Positions 37,730-53,487 of a DNA stretch of 64,000 nt are shown one piece after another. The notes below the pieces were generated by a model that saw nothing but the letters and a program-made list of their open reading frames with translations, was not told the origin of the DNA and ran no database searches. The stretch comes from Macrostomum lignano (taxonomy: Eukaryota), in the NCBI GenBank assembly GCA_002269645.1, contig NIVC01003813.1, forward strand, positions 1-64,000, read 5' to 3'. Position 1 is the stretch's first letter. The number at the start of each line of letters is the position of its first letter. The position numbers and the translations under genes are program-made.

Positions 37730-38700
37730 AGAGAACAAGAGGTGGGCAGAGGAGCGGGAGGGTGAGAACAAGCGGTGGGCAGAGGAGCGGGAGGGTGAGA
37801 ACAAGCGGTGGGCAGAGGAGAGGGAGGGTGAGAACAAGCAGTGGGCAGAGGAGAGGGAGGGTGAGAACAAGCGGTGGGCAGAGGAGAGGGAGGGTGAGAA
37901 CAAGCGGTGGGCAGAGGAGAGGGAGGGTGAGAACAAGCGGTGGGCAGAGGAGAGGGAGGGTGAGAACAAGCGGTGGGCAGAGGAGAGGGAGGGTGAGAAC
38001 AAGCGGTGGGCAGAGGAGAGGGAGGGTGAGAACAAGCGGTGGGCAGAGGAGAGGGAGGGTGAGAACAAGCGGTGGGCAGAGGAGAGGGAGGGTGAGAACA
38101 AGCGGTGGGCAGAGGAGAGGGAGGGTGAGAACAAGCGGTGGGCAGAGGAGAGGGAGGGTGAGAACAAGCGGTGGGCAGAGGAGAGGGAGGGTGAGAACAA
38201 GCGGTGGGCAGAGGAGAGGGAGGGTGAGAACAAGCGGTGGGCAGAGGAGAGGGAGGGTGAGAACAAGCAGTGGGAAGAGGAGAGGGAGAGTGAGAACAAG
38301 CGGCACAGAAGAGAGGAGAGGAAGGGGAGGGTGAGAAGAAGCGGTAGAGAGGAGAGAAAGGGAGGGTGAGAACAGGCGGTAGTGAGGAGAGGAGAGGGAG
38401 GGTGAGAACAAGCGGCAGAGGAGAGGAAGGGGAGGGTGAGAACAAGCGGCAGAGGAGAGGAAGGGGAGGGTGAGAACAAGCGGCAGAGAGGAAGGGGAGG
38501 GTGAGAACAAGCGGCAGAGGAGAGGAAGGGGAGGGTGAGAACAAGCGGCAGAGGAGAGGAAGGGGAGGGTGAGAACAAGCAGCAGAGTAGAGGAAGGGGA
38601 GGGTGAGAACAAGGGTGAGAACAAGCGGCAGGGAGGAGAGGAAGGGGAGGCTGAGAACAAGCAGCAGAGTAGAGGAAGGGGAGGGTGAGAGGAAGGATGA
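37730..38700. repeat. 33-bp purine-rich minisatellite (GAGAACAAGCGGTGGGCAGAGGAGAGGGAGGGT)n, grading into a ~32-bp variant
   Basis: Direct reading. Confidence 0.96.
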
Positions 38701-38833
38701 GAACAAGCGGCAGAGAGGAGAGGAAGGGAGGGTAAGATCAAGGAGGAAGCGGCGCAGTGAGGAGAAATAAGCAGAAGAGAGGAGTGAGACAAGGACACAG
38801 CTAACTAAGGCAGACAAGCGGGCAACCCGCAAA

Positions 38834-38986
38834 CAGTGTTGGGCAAGTTACTCAAAAAAAGTAACTTGCGTTACTGTAACTTAAGTTACCAATTTTTAAA
38901 AAGTAACTTGCGTAAGGAACGCTTTACGAAAAAGTAACTTGCGTTACCATTTGCAAGTTACTCGGTAACGGAAGTGCCCAACACTG
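38834..38986. mobile_element. hAT-type MITE (153 bp)
   Basis: TIRs CAGTGTTGGGCA / TGCCCAACACTG; perfect 8-bp TSD CCCGCAAA (38826-38833, 38987-38994); internal AGTAAC/GTTAC repeats. Confidence 0.9.
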
Positions 38987-39434
38987 CCCGCAAAGTATTG
39001 AATGCTAGTGAAAATACGAGCTATCTATGGAGTAAAGAGAAGGACAACTGGACAAGGTCTCTAATATTGGCACAAGGGCCAACGTATAGAAGTCGTACAA
39101 AGCCACAATAAGGCCAGGATAAGCCTAACTTGGTAACAGTATAAGTATATTGAAGGGCAAAACCAGAACAAATACGGAAAATCTGCGCAGGAAAAATCTC
39201 TGCAAATCTTATACCAAGGCCCGCCCTCCCTCCCCTGGCTGGCGTGTTGTTTCGTCACCCTGCCAGTCGGAGAGGAACTTCAATATTTGGCCACATAGTA
39301 GCCACGGCCTGTATAAACTCAACTACACAACCAACTCAACAGATTGGAGAGTCCTCTGTGCACGTTTTTGACAATATATAACTACATCATCGTACCAAAA
39401 CGACAAGATCGTAGCAAAAATGATATAAAAATTG

Positions 39435-40740
39435 GAGACAGGAGAAGGGAGGCAGGAGAGGGAGAGAGGCGGGAGAGGATGAGAGGCTGGAGAGGGAGAG
39501 AGGCGGGAGTGGGAGAGAGATGGGAGAGAGACGAGAGAGGGAGGGAGGCGGGAGTGGGAGAGAGATGGGAGAGGGAGAGAAGCGGGAGAGGGAGAGAGAT
39601 GGGAGTGGGAGAGAGGCAGGAGAGGGAGAGAGGCAGGAGAGGGAAGAGGCGGAAGAGGGAGAGAGGCGGGAGTGGGAGAAAGGCGGGAGAGGGAGAGAGA
39701 TATGAGAGGGAGAGAAGCGGGAGAGGGAGAGAGATGGGAGTGGGAGAGAGGCAGGAGAGGGAGAGAGGCAGGAGAGGGAAGAGGCGGAAGAGGGAGAGAG
39801 GCGGGAGTGGGAGAGAGGCGGGAGAGGGGGAGAGACGGGAGAGGGAGAGGGGTGGGAGAGGGGAGAGACGGGAGAGGGAGAGAGGCGGGAGAGGGGAGAG
39901 ACGGGAGAGGGAGAGAGACGGAAGAGGGAGAGAGATGGGAGAGGGAGAGAGACGGGAGAGGGAGAGAAGGCGGGAGAGGGAGAGAGGCGGGAGTGGGAGA
40001 GAGGCGGGAGTGGGAGAGAGATGGGAGAGAGACGAGAGAGGGAGGGAGGCGGGAGTGGGAGAGAGATGGGAGAGGGAGAGAAGCGGGAGAGGGAGAGAGA
40101 TGGGAGTGGGAGAGAGGCAGGAGAGGGAGAGAGACGGGAGAGGGAGAGAAGGCGGGAGAGGGAGAGAGGCGGAAGAGGGAGAGAGATGGAGAGGGAGAGA
40201 GACGGGAGAGGGAGAGAAGGCGGGAGAGGGAGAGAGGCGGGAGTGGGAGAGAGGCGGGAGTGGGAGAGAGATGGGAGAGAGACGAGAGAGGTAGAGAGGC
40301 GGGAGTGGGAGAGAGATGGGAGAGAGACGAGAGAGGGAGGGAGGCGGGAGTAGGAGAGAGATGGGAGAGGGAGAGAAGCGGGAGAGGGAGAGAGATGGGA
40401 GTGGGAGAGAGATGGGAGAGGGAGAGAGACGGGAGAGGGAGAGAAGGCGGGAGAGGGAGAGAGGCGGGAGTGGGAGAGAGGCGGGAGTGGGAGAGAGATG
40501 GGAGAGAGACGAGAGAGGTAGAGAGGCGGGAGTGGGAGAGAGATGGGAGAGAGACGAGAGAGGGAGGGAGGCGGGAGTAGGAGAGAGATGGGAGAGGGAG
40601 AGAAGCGGGAGAGGGAGAGAGATGGGAGTGGGAGAGAGGCAGGAGAGGGAAGAGGCGGAAGAGGGAGAGAGGCGGGAGTGGGAGAGAGGCGGGAGAGGGA
40701 GAGAGATGGGAGAGGGAGAGAGGCAGGAGTGAGAGGGAAA
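39435..40740. repeat. Degenerate GA-rich low-complexity satellite
   Basis: Direct reading (GGGAGAGRG motifs). Confidence 0.93.
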
Positions 40741-41504
40741 GAGAAGATTAAGAGAAAAGAAACGGATTAAAGAGCACAGTAAGAAACAGAGAGTGCAGCA
40801 GAAACTAAACAAACCAAAATGGAGAGGGAGAGAAAGCAACATGCACACGGGATACAAAGTGCGTACTAAATAAATAAAATAATGAGTACACACACACGCA
40901 CGCACAATGAGCTTAGTCGGCTGCCATAACCCTGGCCCACACCGGCAGTTCCGCTGTCGCCCATTTCGCCAATCGATCAGACAGAGAGGAGAGAGAGGCG
41001 AATAGATTCCATAGCTATAATATGGCATGCGCGAGAGCCTGCACCAACACCACCCACACAAAACTGGGGTGTGGCCTAAGAGCTTACAGAAGTGGTTGAA
41101 AAAAAACGGAGTAAACGCCTTTTTTATACACTGTGGCAACGTAGCTACGACTATATATTGTATATATGTATATGGTACGTACACCCCAACTACTTAAGAA
41201 AAAATATACACCAGTACATGGAAATTAAGAATAAATTATATGACCATATAAAAAAGTCAAAATATACTGCATTGTTAGTTCGCTCCCAATGCCTTCCCCT
41301 GTTAAACCTAATAAATTATAATTTGCAGATTATTACTTACTGTTCTCTAAAAGAACTTACTATAAATACAAGTGTAAGTGCTGAATACGAAAAGTGATGC
41401 AAAATTCTAACAACAATAAAAGTACTAATAGGAATTTACTTTTACACAGTTGTATAAGCGATTTTAAATGACCGATTACCAACTATTTTGGTTCTCTATT
41501 CTCA

Positions 41505-42140
41505 CCATAGCTCTCTCTATTCTCACCATAGCTCTCTCCATTCTCACCATAGCTCTCTCTATTCTCACCATAGCTCTCTCCATTCTCACCATAGCTCTCT
41601 CTATTCTCACCATAGCTCTCTCCATTCTCACCATAGCTCTCTCTATTCTCACCATAGCTCTCTCTATTCTCACCATAGCTCTCTCCATTCTCACCATAGC
41701 TCTCTCTATTCTCACCATAGCTCTCTCTATTCTCACCATAGCTCTCTCCATTCTCACCATAGCTCTCTCTATTCTCACCATAGCTCTCTCTATTCTCACC
41801 ATAGCTCTCTCTATTCTCACCATAGCTCTCGCTATTCTCACCATAACTCTCTATTCTCACCGTAGCTCCCTCTTTTCTGACTGTAGCTCCCTCTATTCTC
41901 ACTGTACCTCTCTCTACTCTCACTATAACCCCCTCTTTTCTGACTGTAAACCCCCTCTATTTTGACTGTACCTCCCTCTATTCTCACTGTACCTCTCTTT
42001 ATTCTCACCATAACTCTCTATTCTCACCGTAGCTCTCTCTATTCTCACCGTAGCTCTCTCTATTCTCACCGTAGCTCTCTCTATTCTCACTGTAGCTCTC
42101 TTTTCTCATCATAACTTGCTCTATTATCACCGTAGCTCTC
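41505..42140. repeat. 21-bp minisatellite (CTATTCTCACCATAGCTCTCT)n, decaying 3'
   Basis: Direct reading. Confidence 0.96.
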
Positions 42141-43034
42141 TCTTTATGCTCACCGTGATAAGTTGTAACTCAACATATCGGCACTACATTCAACTACCTA
42201 CTTTTCTTACTGATGTTGATACAATTTTGAAACAAAAAATTCTACATAACTTTCATAAGCAAGATTTTAACCAACTAAAACTAAAGCTTTAATTTAACGT
42301 GGTTAGAAAATAAATTAAACAAATAGCAACAATAAAGTTTTAATTGGTTCGCACAAAAAATCAATCAGTTAACACACAAGCCCAAATAATTTTTAGTGTT
42401 TATTTAGCAACCTAGATTATATATGCACACAGAATTATTGCAATAAATATTACTCTTTTAATTATCTATATATAGCCTATTTATACTGTCACTTCTAAAA
42501 GAATTTTTGTTAGATGTGTAATATGCATAGCTACCGTAATTAATTCACCCATAGCCATATCATAGCATTTATAAATAATAAATTAATATTTACTAATACT
42601 CGATTGAAACAGCAATTTTCGGCCATTCTCAAGTTTAAAACAGGCGAAATGATCATCAAGACAATTAACATGGGTAAGGATTTAATCGTTAAAAACAAAC
42701 AGGGAAAATTATGTCATAAAATATTAAACGCATTACGATTCAACCAGTTGACGAAATCAACAAAACATTATGACTGACGCTACGGATATCAGCGAGATAG
42801 CAAATTAACTTTACAGATCTGCTACTGACTTGCACAATAATCAGATTTACCCGTAGTGATGTTACCATCTATCCGTAAGTATTAGTTATATAAGATGCTC
42901 AATGAATTGGTGTTTCTAAGAATGGTTTATTTTTTAGTCTCTTTTTGGGCGATTCTTGAAATTTCTATATTTTGTCAATCCTTGGAGCTGTCCTACTGAA
43001 GTATAAATATACTTCATACTAAGAAGCTATTCTT

Positions 43035-44690
43035 AGAAATGTCTTGGGAGATTCTTAGAATTGCCCTATTTCGGGCGATTCTTAGAATTGCTCTATTTTG
43101 GGCGATTCTTAGAATTGCTCTATTTTGGGCGATTCTTAGAATTGCTCTATTTTGGGCGATTCTTAGAATTGCTCTATTTTGGGCGATTCTTAGAATTGCT
43201 CTATTTTGGGCGATTCTTAGAATTGCTCTATTTTGGGTGATTCTTAGAATTGCTCTATTTTGGGCGATTCTTAGAATTGCTCTATTTTGGGTGATTCTTA
43301 GAATTGCTCTATTTTGGGCGATTCTTAGAATTGCCTTATTTTGGGTGATTCTTAGAATTGCCCTATTTTGGGTGATTCTTAGAATTGCTCTATTTTGGGC
43401 GATTCTTAGAATTGCTCTATTTTGGGTGATGCTTACAACTGATCTATTTTGGGTGATTCTTAGAATTGATCTACTTTGGGCGATTCTTAGAATTGCTCTA
43501 ACTCGGGCGATGCTTAGAATTGCCCTATTTTGGGTGATTCTTAGAATTGCCCTATTTTGGGTGATTCTTAGAATTGCTCTATTTTGGGTGATGCTTACAA
43601 CTGATCTATTTTGGGCGATTCTTAGAATTGCTCTATTTTGGGCGATTCTTAGAATTGCTCTATTTTGGGCGATTCTTAGAATTGCTCTATTTTGGGCGAT
43701 TCTTAGAATTGCTCTATTTTGGGTGATTCTTAGAATTGCTCTATTTTGGGCGATTCTTAGAATTGCTCTATTTTGGGTGATTCTTAGAATTGCTCTATTT
43801 TGGGCGATTCTTAGAATTGCCTTATTTTGGGTGATTCTTAGAATTGCCCTATTTTGGGTGATTCTTAGAATTGCTCTATTTTGGGCGATTCTTAGAATTG
43901 CTCTATTTTGGGTGATGCTTACAACTGATCTATTTTGGGTGATTCTTAGAATTGATCTACTTTGGGCGATTCTTAGAATTGCTCTAACTCGGGCGATGCT
44001 TAGAATTGCCCTATTTTGGGTGATTCTTAGAATTGCCCTATTTTGGGTGATTCTTAGAATTGCTCTATTTTGGGTGATGCTTACAACTGATCTATTTTGG
44101 GCGATTCTTAGAATTGCTCTATTTTGGGCGATTCTTAGAATTGCTCTATTTTGGGCGATTCTTAGAATTGCTCTATTTTGGGCGATTCTTAGAATTGCTC
44201 TATTTTGGGTGATTCTTAGAATTGCTCTATTTTGGGCGATTCTTAGAATTGCCTTATTTTGGGTGATTCTTAGAATTGCCCTATTTTGGGTGATTCTTAG
44301 AATTGCTCTATTTTGGGCGATTCTTAGAATTGCTCTATTTTGGGTGATGCTTACAACTGATCTATTTTGGGTGATTCTTAGAATTGATCTACTTTGGGCG
44401 ATTCTTAGAATTGCTCTAACTCGGGCGATGCTTAGAATTGCCCTATTTTGGGTGATTCTTAGAATTGATCTATTTTGGGTGATTCTTAGAATTGCTCTAT
44501 TTTGGGTGATTCTTAGAATTGATCTATTTTGGGTGATTCTTAGAATTGCTCTATTTTGGGTGATTCTTAGAATTGCTTTATTTTGGGTGATTCTTAGAAT
44601 TGATCTATTTTGGGTGATTCTTAGAATTGCTCTATTTTGGGTGATTCTTAGAATTGCTTTATTTTGGGTGATTCTTAGAACTGGTTTATT
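43035..44690. repeat. 27-bp minisatellite (GATTCTTAGAATTGCTCTATTTTGGGY)n, about 60 copies, with 18-mer and 16-mer higher-order repeats
   Basis: The variant trio GCTTACAACTGATC / GATCTACTTT / CTAACTCGGG recurs at 43428, 43914 and 44346. Confidence 0.97.
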
Positions 44691-45169
44691 TAGGCGTTCT
44701 ATAACCCCTAAACTAAGCATTCAAGCGATTCAACGGCAAACTAAAAGCAAACGACGGAGCAAAGAAAAAAACATGGAAACAAAAAATCCAGCTGCGTTTT
44801 GCACATGAAAATCTTCCACATCAGACCTGACTTTAGAGAGCCAATCAGAAACTTGAAAAAAGGCACTAATTCACTGTCTTGTAAAATTTGAAAAAAAACC
44901 TAATGGCATCAGTTGTAATTTGGTCAAAAAAGTACTGGAAGAACTTTCTTAAATTGAGGAGACATTAAACGCTTCTGGAAGTTGAGATAAACGAAACAAA
45001 AAATAGAAATTGATTGGCAATTAAAAATTAGAAATCAGCAATTCTGCAGTGAGCCATTCTGAACAGAACAGGAAGTAGGGGTGTGCAGGACATCGAGATT
45101 ACATGTAATTTTAGTGGCGAGTGTGCTATGCACCGCTTTGTACAGAATTCTGTATTGAGGACATATTTA

Positions 45170-45740
45170 GCGCCATCCACATGCACATTTGGCGACACTC
45201 AGACACATTTGGCGCCAATAGGACACATTTAGCGCCGTCTAGACACACATTTAGCGCCATCCAGACACATTTAGATCCGAACAGACACATTTGACGCTAC
45301 TTGGACACATTTAACGCCAATCAGACACACAGATCTGAGACGACATTTTGTATTGACCACGCACATTTTGGGACATCAGGACACATCTGGAGTCACTCAG
45401 ACACATTTAGCGCCATCGAGACACACATTACGAACCACCCAGACACATTTAGTGCTACCCACACATTTGGCGCCACCTAGAAAAATTGAACGCCAGACAT
45501 ACATTTGGCGCCAGTCAGACAAACATTAGGCGCCACCCAGACACACATTAGGCGCCACTCAGACAAACATTCGGCGCCATCCAGACACACATTAGGCGCC
45601 ATCCAGACACACATTAGGCGCTACCCAGACACACATTAGGCGCCATCCAGACACACATTAGGCGCCACCCAGACACACATTAGGCGCCATCCAGACACAC
45701 ATTTGGCGCCACCCAGACACATTTAGCGCCACAGAAAACC
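45170..45740. repeat. Diverged ~20-bp minisatellite (AGACACA(CA)TTTGGCGCCAYCC)n
   Basis: Direct reading. Confidence 0.85.
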
Positions 45741-46172
45741 AGTTTAGACACACTCAGCCGTTTGCCCTCTTCAAACAACCAGTCTAGACTTTAAACTCTG
45801 TCTTAAATTGTGAACGCCATTGACTGGAACCAACCGAAAATCTATTAAACGAATAAAACGAATTCCATTCTCTATGGAACGATCTGGTTGATAAATAATG
45901 GCGCAGGAAAATAAAAACAATTTGTTTACGGAGTTCGCACGGTGCAGCGCAAGGAGTACATTAAATTATAAACAGAAGGCTTCGTTCAATACGCAGCCAA
46001 TGCAAATCATAACCCCACACAGAAACTCTAATTGTTATTATCAGACAAATAATTTTCAAAATGACAACATTCAACACGGCATACAACAGCAAGAAACCCA
46101 TGGACAAGCAATGAACTGTACAACTGTAATACCGACCACCGAACAAAGCTTTACTCTGTTTGTGTTGCTTTT

Positions 46173-48014
<1,842 letters not shown>

Positions 48015-48325
48015 TGCTAGCTCTAGCTATTAATAATCTCAAACAATCTGAGTTAGTTTTAACTGCAATCCAATCAGGCCGAGTTAGTAAAGTACAATTA
48101 GAAACTTATTAGACATCTGGCGTGATTGGGCGCAGAAATTAGTTTCATTGAAAGTTGATAAATCATGATTGATTAGCATAAAAAATATGATACATTTACA
48201 GCAGTACCAAATTATTGCATTGATTTTAATGCAGGTATCTAGCAATTGTTAACACTGAAAATTACTTGTTTTTTGAGAGCTTTTGTATGCAGATTTTATG
48301 AATATTGTCTAATAAGTTTATTAGA

Positions 48326-48595
48326 GGGGTTGCAGCCTAGTGGTCAGAGCGTTGGACTCATGATTTGAAGGTCGGGGGTTCGATTTTCGACCCACTCGGA
48401 ACAATTTGTGTCCGGGTGCCGGTATTAGCTGGGGGCTGGGGTAATTCAGGGTGTATGTGTGGTGACCCCCCCTCCCCTTAGTCGTTGGACTGAACAGCCA
48501 TACACAGCCTATAGATGCACGCGCAATAGCTGCGGCTGAGCTGTCAGTTACACATATGCTAATTAGGACAGGTGTAATAAATTACTATTAATAGC
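48326..48595 (+). mobile_element. tRNA-derived SINE (or tRNA-Met-like pseudogene head with an unrelated body)
   Basis: A box (GCCTAGTGGTCAGAGCG), anticodon-like loop CTCATGA, B box GGTTCGATT. Stems are imperfect and there is no matching acceptor stem. A GC-rich body and an AT-rich tail follow. 3' end approximate. Confidence 0.55.
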
Positions 48596-49654
48596 TTTAT
48601 GAGCAATGATCTTAATTGCAGTAGAGCTATGGAGCACCTCAGCACAATGCCTTTGGCGCCATCGTCCCACAGCCAGCACTGAGGCAATTCCACTGACTCC
48701 TAAGCGGCCTAGACTTTCTAGTCATCAGGCATGTACACTTTTTGCACCTTGGGGGTCAGCCTTTGCAGGTTGTGAATAGTACAACAAACCCTCTAGTTAA
48801 TATTTATGCAAAAGCTTTAAATGAATGTGGCCATGCATGGAATTGAGCCAGGATTTGTAGCATGGCAGCATGAGAGGCAGATGCATTTATTGCTACTCTA
48901 CTCTGTAATAGTAATTGAATATTTTCATATTGTTATTTGTATCAGCAGTGTGGTCATAAGGCTATAGAAAACACACTTAATGCCATTTAAAACCATTGTA
49001 TTGTACTTTAATAACCTCAAATTTTCATCATATTTTTAAATGCCATTCATTATCCTTCCAGAAACTTCTTCAGATTAGCAGCTTATTCATAATATATGCT
49101 AGTATTCTATATAGTATTCTACTTATACTTATATTTGCATAACCTATATAATTAAGAATCTGATCTCTTTGATACAATGCATTCAATCTTTCTAGAAATT
49201 TCTGGAAATCATTCATCATATATCTATAAATATATACTGATAGCAGTGACTCAAATCACTTTTCAAATCCCTGATCAAATTTCTATTGATTACCTAAACC
49301 TAAACAAAGCACTACCTTCTAATAAGTTATTATTATGATAATGAAATCATGACATTATAGTAATAGAATATTAGCAAAAGGGTTTTTGGTTATCTGTTCA
49401 ATTGCCTACTTGTATAAATACTACCTTGATGCAATCAATTCAATGCTCTAAACTAAATCATCATATACTTGTACTATATATATAGGCTTATACTTTTCAC
49501 AGATATAAGAAAAAAGCTACATATGCTAAAAAGGGAAAGCATGCTAATAAATTATATCTCATAGAATCAAATGGCTTTTGCCTAACTAGGTATAGTATAA
49601 GTTCATCTCAAAAATCAAGAAAATGCAAATAAAAATTATAGATTTGCTTTTATC

Positions 49655-49902
49655 TATACATAACTAGCTGATCTGGCAAGGGACCTAGCATCCAGCCAAG
49701 ATAAATTGCAAAAATACAGACAAATTATTAGTTAGATGATTAGGCATTTAGCCTTAATAATATAATTATAGTTACTCCTGCCATTTACCTAAAATTATGT
49801 TGATTTTTGCTTAGGCTTCTTTCATGGGTAAGTTAAATTTTTGGTCAAAAAGTAAATCACAAGGCTAGTATACTGGTAAATCAGAGAGGTTGCATATGAA
49901 TG
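49655..49902 (-). mobile_element. MITE, CATACATG family (degenerate, reversed copy)
   Basis: TTAGTTAGATGATTAGGCATTT..TAGTTACTCCTG..TTTACC..GGTCAAAAAGTAAATC..GTTGCATATGAATG matches the reversed family body. Confidence 0.6.
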
Positions 49903-50603
49903 CTTGCTTATATATTATTTTTATATATAGAGCCACATATTTTAGCACTATGAATTAAAGAATACTTTGGATTTTTCTTAAATGTTTGATATTTAGCTAA
50001 AATTGAAGATACAAGCAACAAAAAGTTAATATGAATGAAGCCAATAAGAAAGCTGCCTAGCATTTGCCACTATCAAAGAAGGCTAAGACTATATCATAAG
50101 GCTTTAATTGCCAAATCTCCTTGGGAACCAACTGACAAATAAGCCATTGTTCTTACAAAAAATCTTAGTAAGCATGAAAGATTTTACTACTTTAGTTACT
50201 AAAAATTCTAAGAAAAGATAAGGGGAAATAGAGAAAGGAACAAAGGAAGAGAGGAAAGAAAAGAGAAGAAATGGGGAGAGTATAGAGAGGGTAGAGATGA
50301 GAGAAAAGAGAGAGCAGACAGGGATAAAAGCAAAGAAAAAGGAGAAAGAAGAGGAGGGGAAGAAAAAAGATATTAGAAAAGAAGAACAAGGGAAAGAAGA
50401 AAGAAAAGGAAGGAAAGGGGAGAAAGGAAAAGGGGAAAGAAGAGAAAGGGGAAAGGGAGTAAAAAAGTAAAAGAGAGGAAAGAAAGAAGAAAATAATAGA
50501 AGAGAGATTGAGAGAAACATGAAAAAGAAGAAAAATAGGCAAAACTATATCCAAGTTGATAGGCATTAAATGCATTTTACACTGAGCTATCTATAGGACT
50601 ATT

Positions 50604-50868
50604 CATACATGTGCAACCCCCTCATTTACACTGGCTTTGCAACTTACTTTTTGACCAAAAAAGTGACTTATCTATAAAAAAACCTAAAGAAAAATTAACA
50701 TATTTTTGGGTAAAAGGCAGGAGTAACCTGGACTATATTTTTAAGGGTAAGTGCCTCATCATCTAATTAGTAGTAACTATAATTTTTGGGGCACTTTTAA
50801 CTTGCCTTGGCTAGGCCCCTTGCTAGCCAGCTGGATCAGCCAGGTTGGCTACATTTTGCACATGTATG
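50604..50868 (+). mobile_element. MITE, CATACATG family (older copy)
   Basis: TIRs CATACATGTGCAA / TTGCACATGTATG; family body (GGTAAA.GGCAGGAGTAAC, TGCCTC..CTAATTAG); TSD only 5/8 matching. Confidence 0.75.
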
Positions 50869-51878
50869 ATACAATTCATAGCTACAATACCTACACTTTT
50901 ATAATTATTTAGCAGCAAAAAGTCCTAATGCCCTATCTATAAATATTTTGCCAAGTGTCACTAGCTAATGGCATATTGCAACCAAAGCAAGAAAATTATA
51001 GAAAGTTATAGAATATTTATAGTTAGCATCTAGTAGGTTTATTTACACCATTCTATCTATCAATGCTAATATTTTTATTTTTAAATGCGTACAATGATGA
51101 TAAGAGAAGGAAAAGCAATGATTATATTATATTGAGCTTGTTAGTAACTTGATAGATATATCAAATAAAAACATGATACACTTTTTTCAAGATCTTGATG
51201 AGTGAGATCTTGTCCAACTAATAATTTTTAATAAAAAATTGTTCATTTTTATATATTAGCTATAGTCTAGATCATGACAGGCATATACCAGAATAAAAAC
51301 TAGTTTTTTAAATTATATGCAATGTAAATTAAAAAATTCTTATATCAAGCATAAAGTTGCTAATATGCAAAATTTTTATAGTGTATATTTAAAAAAATGA
51401 GTTATTATTAAACTTAAAAGTGTTTTTTCTTTGCTAGAACCTAGTATTTTGTTTTAGTTCTGTTTTCCTTATAAGTGCATTATTATTTTTTGTTTTTGTT
51501 TTTACGTATTTTAAGAAAATCTATTTTATATATATATATCAACCTATCTTTAGAAGATTTAGTGCATACCAGAATTTTCTAGTATGTATTTGAAAATGTC
51601 AATATAGACAATGTGCGTTAAGATATCAACATGCATGGTATGCAACTGAAAGAAAATATGTTGTTAGCATAAAAGTTGTTACCATGCATAACTACCATAC
51701 AATGTGCATATGGCATGCTAGTGTGGGGTATATAATGGATAGATATTAAAGTTATTAGCCGCAAATGTTTTTATGATTAGAGGATAAATTAGAAGAGTAG
51801 TAGTTTTAGAGGTATTAACTAGGATAAATATATTAAAGATATCAATAGTTAGTTAATAGGTATATATAGGTATATATA

Positions 51879-53468
51879 CAGGGTGGATCCATTGAAATGT
51901 CACACTTTAGTACTGAGTATATTTTTACTTGATTTTAGACAAGAAAAAATTGCAGATTAAAATGAATTTGGTAAATGATCAACACCTTGTCAGGAACAGA
52001 TTTACTCAATGTAACTGCCATCTGCTTCTACAACTTTCTCCAGCTGAGCTCAAAATCTACCAACAGCTTTTTGCACTTTAGCTAATGGGATTTTATCCCA
52101 TGCTTTTGAGATAGAGGTGCACAACCACTCAAGATTGTGGTGAGATATGTGACAGGCCTTGCGCTCAACTTGTGCCTAGAAATAATAGTCCAGTGGATTA
52201 AGATCTGGCAACAAAGGTGGCCAGAAGTCCTTTGGCCAATAATTTGCAAAATTCTCTGACAGGAAGTTCTGCATGGTTGTCGCAGTATGTGCAAGTGCAC
52301 CATATTGCTAGAACACATATTGGCAACTTGGATAGTGCTGATTTAGCCATGGCAGCACTTTGTTTTATAGTAGCTCCTCATAGCCAATAGCATTGAGCTG
52401 AGCACTAGGGTCAATGAAGATTGGGGGGGGCACTTTTGTCCATCAGAGCTGATGACACCTAGCACTATGATAGAAGCTGGATTTTTTATGCGCTGCACCA
52501 TACAAGCATTGTCTGGGACATCCTTTACATAGCCAGGTACCAAGTATTGGTCATTTCTTCTATTGGCAGCTGCATTGACAGAAATTTTTTTTCATCTAAG
52601 AAGATGTGAACCAGATATGAATGCAACTTTAGCCAGCTAAGCAGTTGCTTGGCTTGCATCTTTCTAGTAAACTTCTGGGCTTCTGACAAGAAATGCCAAC
52701 AAACTACTGCTCTGTTCTTCACTCTAACATCATCCTTGAGCAGCTGTTTCATTGTCTTGTGTGCCATTCCAAAGTCCCAAGCCAGCTGTCTAATACTTTG
52801 TCTTGAGTTCCTATGGATGTGCATTTTGACAGCTTTGATGACATTCTTAGTGCGAGTAGTATGGCTGTACCCACCTCTATGACATACCTTAATACTACCA
52901 ATTGCCACAAAAAGTCACTTGGTTCAATAAACTTGGTTCTTCAAAATTCTAAGATGTCAAGCAATTGATGTAAGAGGCTCTCCCGCTTGAAATTTTTTTA
53001 ATGATCTTTTAACCAATCTCCTTGTATGCAGACATAGTATAGTTAGATTACTGTAAAACTTTGCACAGAGGTCACACATAGATATGAGAGCAAAATCCTA
53101 TGCGCTTGGCTTTAAATGCCCAAAACCAAAAAACAAAAACAAAAAATGAAAGTATGAAATTTCAATAGATCTATCCTATAGGCTATATTGTTAGTTTTTT
53201 TGAAAATTATCTTGTTTGAAAATTAAGCAAGGGATAGGCCTACACACTCCATAACACTAGCTAAAGTTATTTTGCTAGAATGCCTAAACAATGTGGAAGT
53301 AGGCCTAACTTTGGCATTCTTTCATTTTACGATCACCTAGCATTGTCCTTATGGGAGTTGGGACTTGCTATACAATCTTCCCGGAGGACAGAAAATTGCT
53401 CTTAAAATCGAACTTCAAAATTGGACCACTTCTAAGTGTGTCATTTTAACATAAAATCTTGTGTCCTA
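51879..53468 (-). mobile_element. Decayed Tc1/mariner DNA transposon (DD37D/maT-like)
   Basis: TA|CAGGGTG left end. Minus-strand remnants: HTH-like SIRQLAWDFGM, IFLDEKKF, KNPASIIVLGVISSDG and DFWPPLLPDLNPLDY. Degenerate right TIR (AAAATGACACACTTAG vs GAAATGTCACACTTTAG). Many stops and frameshifts. Confidence 0.8.
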
Positions 53469-53487
53469 TAGAAGTTAAAAGCCTGTC

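Noticed and set aside
45170-45740. Repeat with variable intervening bases, superficially CRISPR-like
   Set aside because: The variable parts are only about 5-6 nt and related to each other, there are no cas genes, and the context is eukaryotic. The same applies to all other arrays, which have no unique spacers.
48326-48400. Functional tRNA-Met gene
   Set aside because: The anticodon and T stems are mismatched, there is no matching acceptor stem, and no oligo-T terminator follows. A SINE head or pseudogene fits better.
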